Both the position numbers and the translations under genes were made by a program. Shown one piece after another: positions 53,332-64,000 of a stretch of 64,000 nt of DNA; the first letter of the stretch is position 1, and the number at the start of each line of letters is the position of its first letter. Origin of the DNA: Paecilomyces variotii (lineage: Eukaryota); assembly GCA_004022145.1 (NCBI GenBank), contig RCNU01000011.1; one strand, 5' to 3'. The notes below the pieces were generated by a model. It searched no databases. It saw only the letters and a program-made list of their open reading frames with translations, and was not told where the DNA came from.

Positions 53332-54903
53332 TTACGCTTTAGGAGCGTTCTCTCGGGCCTCAAGCTTACTGCTGGCGACGAGAGCAATAAGAGCCGCGCC
53401 AACACCGCTGCCATCCTTAGCGATGCCAATGCGGACCTTCTTCTCGCCCTCGACTCCGATTTCAGGGACCTCTCTGAGGGCTTCCCGAATATAGTCAACG
53501 AAGTGGGGATAGAATTCAACCAGGCTTCCGTCGACACCAATGTCAACCGTCTCGTCCGTCTGAAGTCTTCCACTTGAGATGAGAATGCCTGCAAGCGGGA
53601 CGGCACTCAACCGGGCAGCGCGCTTGCCGATGGCGTGGACCAAGGCCTTAACCGCACGACGGTCCTCGCAGTTTGTGCCCTCGATCTGGAGATCCTTGCT
53701 CATGGCAGCTGCGGTACCCTTGAGGTTCTCCGCCGCATCAGCCTCCACAGTGCTGAGGAAGCTGGTGTCAACACCCCATTGCTTGTACAGCGCGGATTTG
53801 CTAGATACTGTAGTGTGGCCCTCCGGCGAGGTGAGGAAGCGAACGCCAGAGTCCTTGTACAGGTGAAGGAGGGCCCGACGCAGGATCTCGCCCAGGAACA
53901 TACCCGAAACACGCTTCTCGAACATCTGGATGCCAGGGTTAAGACTCTCCGCATCCAGGTCGCGGTCAAACTTCGTGACAGGCAGAACGCTGAGATGGTT
54001 GTCGAAGCTCCCCCATTCGGTGTTGATCACCATTTCTTCCGTGGTAGAATCGTACGTGTCGCCAGTGGCAGCCAGCTTGGTGACCTTCTTCAACTTCTCG
54101 ACGTACGCGCCGTTTGTTCCAGTACCGAAAATGGCACCCAGGAGGGTTCCCGTCTTGCCAGGAGAGGTGTATGAACGGGCCATGAGGGTTCCCACTGTAT
54201 CATTGACGAGCGCAGCAACGTTGACGGGGAGGCCCAGTTCATCAATGGCGTTCTGCAACATCTCACAGACATCCTTGCCCACTGCATCGGGAATGTCGAA
54301 GCCCTTAGTCCAGCGAATGAGGGTGCCCTTGTTGATGCCCACCTGGTTGACGGGGAAGCTAAAGGTGAAGCCCAAGTCGAAGATGTCCTCTTCCCTGAAA
54401 CCCGCCTTCGAGTCCACGTACCGACGTCTGCGCACATGGGCTTCATAGTGCTCGTTGTGGTGTGTCTGGAGGAAATCTTCGATCTGCTTGGCTAGGAAGC
54501 TGAAAAGATCTTTGTAGGTCTTGGCCACCATCAATTCTCGGGGGATAGCCACTTTCGACTGGGTCATCGTAAACGTGGTATCGCCGTGCAAGTCGATCGA
54601 GCAGACTCGGAAGTTGGTTCCTCCCAGATCGACGGCCAGATAGAGTCCCTATTGATGACCACAGTTAGCGCTACGCGCCAGACACTGTCAGACCAAGGAC
54701 GTCTATACCTTTTCCGTGCCATTGGGAACGCCTGTCACATAGGTCGGGATCTGACTGAGCGTGGTGTGTTCCTTGGAGAGGCCTTCCTGCATCTGGTCGA
54801 TATACGCCTTCACCCCGCGCAGGACTTCGCTGGTGGGATACTCGAACTGGCGCGCAATGCGCTCAGCCTCGTCCACGACGGGCGATCCGGTTGAGGAGGA
54901 CAT
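53332..54903 (-). CDS. glkA: Glucokinase (hexokinase family; 1 intron ~54708-54649)
   Basis: QIPTYVT, YLAVDLGGTNFRV, LGFTFSFP, RWTKGFDI, VNDTVGT, IFGTGTNGAY, INTEWGSFDN, FEKRVSGMFLGE and AKDGSGVGAA. Confidence 0.9.
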
Positions 54904-56554
54904 GTTGTGAGGCAGACAGACGGGACGGAAATCAGGATATGTGGCCAGCAGGGAATTTTGGCAGGACGGGGGATGGTAATAAGTATTATTATTATTACCA
55001 GAAGACGAGGGCGACGAGCAGGTGGGGTGACAGGAAGAGCGGGAGAGGGCGATGATATCAGTGGGCGAACCGCCACTACTTTGTTCACCGGACAAGAATG
55101 GCCACCAGCACCGGTGAATTATTGTTATTATTAGCCCAACAAGCAGCGCAACAAGCAGAAATCCCGCTGACGGCTTGCCGGCCATCAACGGCCCCAGTTT
55201 CTGCGTCTGGAGAGCCCCGTATAATAATAATACAGCCCGCAGGCCGGACTCTGGCACGGCATCTCCTGCACTTCCAGATCGCTTCATCGCCCACTGCGTC
55301 TCTTGTTCCTTGGCAGCTGCACCCGTCCTTCGAGCCCTCGATCCAATATCAGGCCATATGGGACCAATCTGCGGATTTGCGGAGATCAGACAAGAACGGG
55401 GCTCTCTCCGGATCAGATGCTCCGGGGATAAGTAATGTCTCACTGCGTGCGTTGCGACCCCAGATAGAAGACAAGAGAGCAATCCAGTCGAGCAATTGAC
55501 GGAGCTAGCACGAGAGAGCCTCGTCCGTAGCGCAATTGATGGGCTGTACTAGAATGTACTGTAAGATCCCAGCACCGTTCAATGCTAGGGATCAAATAAA
55601 AATCCCTCCAAGCCAATGGCAACAAGTCCCTAGATCCAGGTGTAACCCCTGCCGTGGAGACAAGACGCAGCAATTGACCAGCCTCGACACAGCTGGAGAA
55701 AGTAGAGGAGGATGCAAGTCGGAGAAGCGCCCAGATCCAAGGTCGGGGGAAATCTGGAGAAACAAGACGAGGCGGCGGGGGAGTTTCTCTGCTTACTTAG
55801 AAAGGGCGGTCTCTCCACGCTGCCCATCGCTTCAATGTCCGGGCGATACTTAGTTAGCTATCACCAGCCTCGTTCCTCGCGTGCGCCAAGCCACAACGGC
55901 GTCTGTCTCCATAGTCGAGACCAAGACAAGAGATTATTAGGATGTCGCCAGTGCCGTATGGTCAAGTACTGTAGATGGAGCGCCAGTAAGTAGTAGCCGT
56001 CCGTGCCATTGGCCTCCGCTTTGATTTCCCCGTGTCTAGAGTAGAGTAATTACTAGAATCAACTTGAACGAAACACGTTGGAAATCGACGCATAAACAAT
56101 CGCATCTTATCGGTTGCTGTGTACACATGCTGAAGAGTTTCGCCCGACCAATCAATCAATCGGGCAGTAAGCAGACATATACGACCATCTAGGTAGTATC
56201 TGTTGTGTTGTCAAAAAGGTGTAGTGTACCGGCCAATTATATCACAAACTTCGAAATAAAAGGCGAAAGTTCTGAAATAAAAAAGAAGAGAAAAAAGAAA
56301 AAAGAAAACGTCGAATTTAAGCTCATTATACAAGGGGTTGAAGATATAAGAACGTAACAAAATGTGCCGTCTTTAAGAAATCTACAAGCCCATGAAACCG
56401 GAGAACTGGCCATGACGCCGCGCTGTTCGCTGTGAAACCCGTTCTTCCCTTTTCGTCCACGATCGGTGCACAATGCCCGAAAAAAAAATAATCTCATACA
56501 TGATATAATAGCCCATGCGATGGGAACAAGGAGTAGTCTGCAACTTGTCTCCCC

Positions 56555-57944
56555 TCACAGCGGCACCTCGTCCAGCTTCTCATCGCCTTCTGTTCCTTTG
56601 GCTTTCTTTTGATCGCTAGCATCGGGAGTGTCTGCTTTCTCTGCTGGCGCCTCCTTTTCCTCTGTTACTCCATTCTCTGCGTGAGAATCAGGCTCTGCGA
56701 CGTGGGTGCCGTTCTGCTCCTCGCCCTTGGATTGCTCTTTAGGTTCCTCTTTCTCCACCGGAGCCTCGTCTTTTGCCGGAGGAGGCGGCGGTGTTTCGTC
56801 CTGCGATTCTAACTCTTTCGCGTGGCCATTGGTTTCAGCACCGGGGAAGGGAGTCGTAGGGGCTTCGGGGACAGAAGGCTCCGCCGGACGGGACGGTAAA
56901 TTCGTCTGGCTCTCTGTGCGCGTGGATGGGGCCATAGTAGAGACAGTGGATGTTCGCTGGCGTTGCTGCGCTGCCGGTCCATGGCCTATCTGTCTGAGTT
57001 TGGGGTCGGCGTTGAGATAGTAGCCCCGAACGCTGACAATAGTGCCCTCCGCCTCACATGCGTCCACCCATTCTGGACGCACCACGGGGATATTCATCTC
57101 AACTGCCTTCTCCCACAGCGGGCCCCTTCCTTCTGTGCACACGAAGTGCGTCGTGTCGATGCGGACGGTATCAATCAGCTTGCCCCCGATGCGATCAAGA
57201 GCGGCCGCCAGAGCATCTTTTTGCTGTGGGGGCATGATTCCCGGTGTCACTGTAATGCCCGATAGGTCGGTCATCTTGTGTGTGCGGCAGACGAGCTTCT
57301 CAGACTGGAAGGTGCCTGCTGTCGTGCGCAGCACCAGGTGGAATGTGTATTCGGTGTGAATGGCAAGACCGCTGATCTTCGTGCTGAGCATTTCCAGCGG
57401 CCTGGGGATTGATCCAGCCTTGGAGCCATTGCGATACAGCGAGAGAGACTTCAGCGAAGCTGTTGCCAGGTCGATCGGATCCCACTCCAACACCAACGAG
57501 GTCTGTGTCGCATTTCGGAGACGGAGAACAGGAGGGGAGGGGGTGTGAAGGCCGTATGTATTTAGAATGCGTTTCTGCAGGGCCTGGAAGGCGGCTATGT
57601 TGGCTGCTTCGGCAGCATGATTGCGCGACACCGTGATATCGACTATACTGCCCGAGGTGATGTTGCTGGGAAGGAGCACGGAGGGGAATTCAATCTACAA
57701 TAACCTGTGAGCATCCTGTTGTGTTGCGCCATAGAGTACGATAATAAATTCATGCGAGCCAGTCTGAGCGATTGGAGACTGTGTCGCGCTATCGGCAATA
57801 GTAGGACATAGCATGATCCCGAATAGGGAGTGGGATCTGAGCACGAGAGAAACAGGAAAGGGGGAGCCTTACGAGTCGGTTATCCTGCGTCAACAACACA
57901 GCGACGCCGGCGTCGACCTTGCCAACAGTCAAGGAAACAAGCAT
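56555..57944 (-). CDS. CHS5: Exomer subunit Chs5 (FN3 and BRCT domains, acidic tail; 1 intron)
   Basis: MLVSLTVGKVDAGVAVLLTQDNRL|IEFPSVLLP, RNATQTSLVLEWDP, THKMTDLSGITV, DTTHFVCTEG and NIPVVRPEW. Confidence 0.93.
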
Positions 57945-58314
57945 CTTGTCGGAGAAAGCAAAGGAGAGGCCAAGGTCAGTTCATCGAGCGCGCATCCAGA
58001 CGGTGCTCTAGAGATGTAGGAGAGGAGACAAGTGGTGGAGTTGAGTTCCTGGTCGCTGCTGTCGTCGCCGTCGAATCTCGTCCGGCCAGATCGACAGGCC
58101 GCGAAACGCCAAGCAAAAGGCCAGTTCGCGGCAAGTGACACGCGGACAGTAATAATAATATACAATTACTTTCTTACATGTTTATCGTTCGTGTCCTGCT
58201 GCTAATTAATTAATTAATATACAGTGGTTCACGGCATATCGCCATGTCCTGATCTAATTTACATGGTCTCTCTCTCTCTCTCGTTGTCTTCGTTGACATC
58301 GGGAAGACCTACGC

Positions 58315-58824
58315 TTAATGCTGCTTCGCCGATATAGATCCTTCTGCCTGGTGTCTGCCACCCCCATACTTTTTCGGGGGTTTCGAATCGCGCTCCTCGT
58401 TGCACAAGCGCACTATGGTCTCCACAAGATTATTCGACTCCCTCAAGACTTCGGAGAATTTCTCCTTGATCAGTTCTGGACGAACCACGATCTCCACGCT
58501 ACCCTTCAAGTCTGGTTCCAGCTGCGACGAAGACTGCTGGGAGATCCTCCGACCTTCACCGTCGTAGCCTCGATCATGGAGGGCCTTGCGGAATGCATTC
58601 CGAACCCTTCTGGCACACCATGATCGGACGACCCGTTTATGGTCTAGGCCGTTGGTCTGCACTCTCCACCATAGTGTATTGGGGTCCCGGTTGGCATACA
58701 TATGCACGATCTTCGGCCGGATAGGGTGTGACTGGGCCCCGATGTATCGTGCAGCGACTGGAGGAATAAAGGTCTTGGGGCTCCATCGCATGTGGAATTG
58801 TTTCGTAGTCTGAACCAGCTTCAT
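58315..58824 (-). CDS. Small basic hypothetical protein (169 aa), possibly of RnpA-like fold and mitochondrial
   Basis: Intronless ATG-started ORF, divergent from eIF1A. Its first 46 residues contain no acidic amino acids, and it carries the motif KRVVRSWCARRVRNAFR. Confidence 0.7.
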   Translation of the reverse strand: MKLVQTTKQFHMRWSPKTFIPPVAARYIGAQSHPIRPKIVHMYANRDPNTLWWRVQTNGLDHKRVVRSWCARRVRNAFRKALHDRGYDGEGRRISQQSSSQLEPDLKGSVEIVVRPELIKEKFSEVLRESNNLVETIVRLCNEERDSKPPKKYGGGRHQAEGSISAKQH

Positions 58825-59460
58825 GGCTCCTCTCCCACGAGGGTATCGGGAACCTCCCCAGATTGTACGGTCAAGCCTAAAGTCCGTCCCCTTAGATGGT
58901 CCTCCTCAAGACTGCCGATATCCCTCGTAGCATCGTTGAGCGAGGAAAGTGCGAGGTAGAACCGGTAGACGTAGTCGCAAAGGGCTTTGGACCATGAGAC
59001 CAGCAGTCGAAACTTGGTCTCGAGAAGGCCTCCGAACGTTCACGATCCTACGAGAATCGCGGTAAAGAAGGAGGAATCCAAGGACGATGGCAAAAGATAG
59101 ACAGTGACTGAAGCGCTCATTGCAGGAACAGAATGCGAAATGCAAAAAGCTCCGGTAGTTTTCCGGCAGAACTACGGGCGGTGAGATCGCCTGTGGGAAT
59201 CTGGCTTTCCATTGGTGGATTCGCAGGCGGTCGACGCTGTGGCAAGCCTCAGGCAGATTCAGGCCGCCATCCGCCACGCCCGTCGTTCCTCTTTGCTCCC
59301 CACTATATTAAAGCCCTGAAATTCCCCCTCGTCCGTTCACTCCGCCAACCCATCCACCCCACCGGCCATCGATATCCCCTCACCCAACTCTACGGAGTGA
59401 CTAGAATCAGACTCTATCTGCGGACTAAAAGAGGGTTATACGTGAGATAGAACCGCCATC

Positions 59461-60123
59461 ATGCCCAAGAACAAGGGAAAGGTAAGATCTAAGCGCTTTG
59501 CTCCCCACTTTGCAATGACTGCAAACGACGGCCGAGTTGCATCCCATCCTGATGATCTTTTCAATATCCTTCAGCTGAAAGACGTTCTGGATTTTGCTGG
59601 CGACTGAAAAGAGAATCATCCAGATGGGACTCGGGAGGCGCCGTTCCGTCATACGTTGATGCATGTTTGAACAAGACGCTAACGAGTCATACAGGGTGGT
59701 AAGAACAGACGTCGTGGAAAGAACGAAAACGACAACGAGAAGCGTGAACTCACCTTCAAGGAGGAAGGTCAGGAATATGCGCAGGTCGTGAAGATGCTGG
59801 GTAACGGCCGTCTGGAGGCTCTGTGCTTCGATGGCGAGAAGCGACTGGCGCACATTCGAGGCAAGCTGCGAAAGAAGGTCTGGATCAACCAGGGAGACAT
59901 CATCCTGCTCTCTCTACGAGACTACCAGGACGAGAAGGGCGATGTCATCCTCAAGTACAACGCCGATGAGGCCCGAAGCTTGAAGGCCTACGGCGAGCTG
60001 CCAGAATCCGCCAAGATCAACGAGACCGACACCTATGGCCACGAGGGTTTCGAGGACAACGTCGAGTTCGACGAGGACCGCGAGAGCGAGGACGAGAAGG
60101 AGATCGATGTCGACGAGATCTAA
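59461..60123 (+). CDS. TIF11: Translation initiation factor eIF1A (intron 59482-59694)
   Basis: [33 protein letters not shown] and [12 protein letters not shown], with an acidic tail. Confidence 0.97.
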
Positions 60124-60825
60124 ACCACCCTCACTACCCAGACCAGCGGGCCCTGTGGGGGTTCCAATATATGCATGTTCTCCCGGCCCTGCAGGTCTCA
60201 AAGCCTTGGTCGACCTTCTCATCACTATCGCCATGGTTCTTCCCAGAGGTTGCCACGAGAAGCGCGGGCAGTTATTACTTGCGCTTTCTCCCCTTCGCAA
60301 ACGGATGATAAGATACGCATGCTGTATGGTTACCGTCGGACGCCGACAACAACACATGCAGCTCCCATTTCCCAGGGTCAAGGCAAAAGAAACCATCGGA
60401 AGTTATTCATGAGGTATTACGCATATGTGATTGCAGAGGAACTCGGCCGAGCTACGTCTTCACGAATCTTGCCTCGGATGATTTAAGTCTTATGGTCAGT
60501 TTGGAACGTGATCTACAATCCACGACGGTGGTTTGCGGACACTTTGTCTCCTTTACAGTCCTGTTTCTTTATTGCATGGTCATGATAGAGGGGCATAAGC
60601 CGTTGATAGTACCGTTCTAGTGGAGAATTCGATGAAGTTCATCACACAACGATCCTTCTGTGTCTTTGAAGCGTAGTCTTAAGACGTCTCGTAGTAACTA
60701 CACATAACAAATGTCGTAGCTATGCTATGTCCAAATTTTGGCGCAGTACATCCCTTTTTGCTCTGGCATCGGAATCCATAAAACACTCGACCCTTAAGCA
60801 TAATCCAATCCAAACAGACACGCGT

Positions 60826-63800
60826 TCAACCCTCAGCCTCATCCTCAAAAACACTCTTCCTAAAAAACCCAACAATCTTCCTCGCCGATTCCTTCCCAAT
60901 CAACGGATCCAGATCCTCCACATCCATATTCGCAATCTGATGAATACTCTCCGTTTCCAAAATCAAACGCTCGAGCACCTTGGGCGTCACGCCCGGCACG
61001 GCTCGGAGCATATCCTGCGGAAGGGCATTGAAGGTCCTATGCTCAATACCCGACGCGGCCATGACGTCTCCCGGCGTTGAGGAGGCGACGATATCCATAT
61101 CCAGACCGATCTGCACGGCGCGAATGGGGTCTGGTTCAGGGCTATTTTTCTTAAGCTCGGCGAAGATCTCGGCTGTTTGGTATGGGGAAGAGGACCAGAT
61201 TACTTTGAGACGGGGAAATGCGAGGGTGAGGAGGACGAGCATGTGTTGGGCGGATCGGGGGTTGGTTGGGTTGACGAGGGAGCTGCTCACGGAGAGAGAG
61301 GGGGTTCCGGAAGAGGAGAAGACGTAGTCGGAGAAGAAGCTTGTGCCAGGGGTAGATGCGGAGGTGAAGGCGTCGAAGGTGAAGGATTTGTTCTGGTCGA
61401 ATTCGATTAGGAGGATGGGGTTCTTGTAATGTTGGAGCATTGTCTCGGCTTGGTTGTAAAGACGGCCGTTTTTCAAAGAGCTGATTAGATCGCGGACGGA
61501 TTTACGCTCAACGCAGATGTCTGGGGTGAGGATGTAGTCGCCGACTGTTAGCTGGCAGGGTACTACGACCATGCTCCTGCCGTGGAGTAGAGATGGGAGA
61601 GCGCTGCGGAATTCGCGGACATCGACGACCACGGTGGGAGGGGCTGCTGTTGCAGCCAGTCTGCCGCCGCCCGCGATACGGGTGTTGACCGTTCGGAGAA
61701 ATTGTTCCTGAGGATCTTCGAGGCTTTTATCATGTGTGATGGTGACGGCCATGCTCTGTAGGAGTTGTTAGTTCATGATGGGGCACGCAAGAAGACGGGG
61801 CGTTCGTACTCCTTTCTCCTTGATGAGCTTCGTGAAGGCATCCTTCTCCCTTCTGACAGCGCTGAGGTACCGTTGCTCCTCGACGGATCCGCCGTAATAC
61901 ATGAAGTAGACCCTGACATTTCTGTCCGTGTGGGAGCTCCGATATACCTCGACTCTTCTAATGAACGAGGCATCAGGTTCATACATGATAATGTATCGTG
62001 GCCGAGCTTCCTCCAAGATATGCTCATCCATATCGCCATCGTAAGGATGGATCATTATCAAGTCGTCCATATCGTATAACTCATAAAAGTCCTCCGTGTT
62101 CTCCAAATCGTCGACGATGATTTCCTCTTTCACAGTTTCTTCTGATCCCGTGGGCTGTAGCTGCTCCAACAAGCCTGATACTTGGTTAGGTTCTTCGGTA
62201 TCTGCTTGCACAGTGCTGCTTGGAGGCCGTGCAAGGGTACTTGACGCAGTCCCTCCGCCTCGGACACGCCTTCTCTTGTTTGGAGGAGCTCGTGGATTCA
62301 GTGGCGCACCGTTAGCAGATCTCGCAGCTGATGTGTCGTTGGGGTTAGATTTTGGGCCATATAGATTCGCATTGACGCGAGAAAAGTAGCGCTTCCAGTT
62401 CAAATAGTCGCGTAATTTTCTTCGCAGCAACAGCTCCCCAGATGGTCTGGTCTCTTCCGCATCCTCGACAACAGCTTCAGGTTCTGTATCAACTTTGACA
62501 TGCATCGTAGAGAGGTATTCTCGCAGTTGCGAACATGTTCTCTGGTCGCTGCACATTATGAGTACAGTTTGATTAGAGTCATCCCTGATACTTGGATTCA
62601 AATATGCATCCCGCTCAATCTCCTCCAACACATCTGCGAGAACGGACCATTTAGGTTGCTCTTCGAGAACCGGCTGAAGACCAGCAGAAAATGATATAGA
62701 TGAAGAAGCCAGCTCGCCACTACTCAGCTTTCCCGTATATGCTCTTGACTTTGCAGTCTGAAAAAGCACGTGGGCGGCATCGAGGAAGAGCCATGGTGAG
62801 TAGTTATGCTTTGTTGATCCGGGAGGAGGGGAGTGTGCTGCCACGATGGTATCCAGGTACTTCACAAAGGATACGGCGTCATAAGTTAGCAGTGAACTAT
62901 CTGCGAGTTAGCATGTGAAATGTATAGTCAGGGACACGAGTTCGGCATCATACTGTAAGATAGCCCTCAATACGGTCAGGTCACTGGCAATCTGCCTTGT
63001 CCTAAAGCTGACACGGTGCCATATCGGATCAAGTTGCCGTCTGATTGAAATATCAAAGTTCTTGTGTAAAGCACTGTCCAGCGTCCAATCTTCCACATCA
63101 AGACCCGAGTTGGCCTTCTTGAGCTCACTAATACTAATCTCGACGCATTCGAGGATAGCATTTTGGATCTCCCTCATTTTATCGGTCATTGGGACCTCCA
63201 ACTCGATCACTTCAGCCTTCTTACGTCCCTCCAGTGACTCTGCTACCGTGACATGGAATCGGGGCCACAGGGAAGGTTTGCGCAAAAACATGTTACGCAA
63301 CATATTCGACAAAGGCGCGAAGCCTGTGGTGAAAGGCTCCGGAGAGTCCGAAAATGCTTTGAGAAATCCTACTTTGTTGAACTGGCGATAGATCCGAATA
63401 ATGAAAGCTTCCAAGGCTGTTGCTTGAATCCTATAACAACGTTAGAACACTTCTTAAGCAAAGAATAGAAACAGGTATCTTACTTCTCCGCATGAAGCAC
63501 GATCATACCCGTGACCTTTTCAGGATCAAGCAGTTCTGAAATCCTGTAAGCATTTATGTCGCATACACGAATGCTTCCTTTACGTACTGGAGAGCAGGTC
63601 CACAACCAGGATCCTAGAAGTTACACTTAAGATGCCTCCCTCGGAGTACAGCTTCTCCCTTGGTCCAAGTTAGTACTAGGTCAGATAGACGACAGGTATT
63701 ACTCTGATCATATACCTCATTGGGACAGTAGCCCTATCAGTATTAATGACTTTTAACCCCCTAGCGAGGGGTGTCTTGCTGATCGCATAGTGCTCCGCCA

Positions 63801-64000
63801 ACGCTGCGCAATATGTCAGTTTCTCGCAGTGTTACGAAGGGTCTTATATTCGTCTACCTTCGCCAATCCATTCATTCTCTCTATCCTCCGCCCCCACAAC
63901 AAGGACCAAGTTGTTTCCAGCTGCATCATAAGAGTGCAGCAGATTCGTCACAAGCCGCAGCAGCCCAAGGCCGCGGGCCAGGATAACCAGTTCATCCTCC
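60826..64000 (-). CDS. RAD1: XPF/Rad1 (S. pombe Rad16) nucleotide-excision-repair endonuclease; the 5' end lies beyond the window
   Basis: LARGLGLL, TSRILVVDLL, EAFIIRIYR, LWPRFHV, EEQRYLSAVRREKDAF, nuclease VVDVREFRS..GDYIL..VERKS and a C-terminal HhH. Confidence 0.95.

Noticed and set aside
53579-54448. Long antisense ORFs over glucokinase (and similar ones over hxnS, eIF1A and RAD1)
   Set aside because: These are expected shadows of GC3-biased coding sequence, with no independent motifs.
29171-54903. Cryptic peroxisomal targeting via stop-codon readthrough in hxn enzymes or glucokinase
   Set aside because: No TGA-CTA readthrough context or SKL-like terminus was seen at the stops inspected.

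Overview
Intron-containing genomic DNA from a filamentous ascomycete. Gene content and splice signals suggest Eurotiales (Aspergillus/Paecilomyces-like); that assignment is an inference. About 26 protein genes can be reconstructed. The housekeeping genes are TOM40, a PFK-2/FBPase-2-like gene, URM1, ELP2, CAF16, MOD5, RAI1, GET4, RFC4, glucokinase, CHS5, eIF1A and RAD1/XPF (partial). The main feature is a contiguous ~19.6-kb, seven-gene nicotinate-catabolism (hxn-type) cluster at 29171-48755, in the order hxnM-hxnW-hxnN-hxnV-hxnS-hxnT-hxnR. It joins genes that lie in three separate clusters in Aspergillus nidulans, and it lacks hxnX, hxnY, hxnP and hxnZ within this window. Other observations: a URM1-ELP2-(CAF16)-MOD5 anticodon-loop tRNA-modification neighbourhood; a small orphan protein resembling bacterial RnpA with a mitochondrial-type N-terminus; a long nested hairpin in the eIF1A intron; a GC-AG intron and two in-frame starts in MOD5; an 8-nt microexon in RAI1; and frequent AAG splice acceptors. 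No tRNA, rRNA, CRISPR array or recognisable transposon was found. All gene identities come from motif recognition by eye, not database searches. Exon boundaries were inferred manually.
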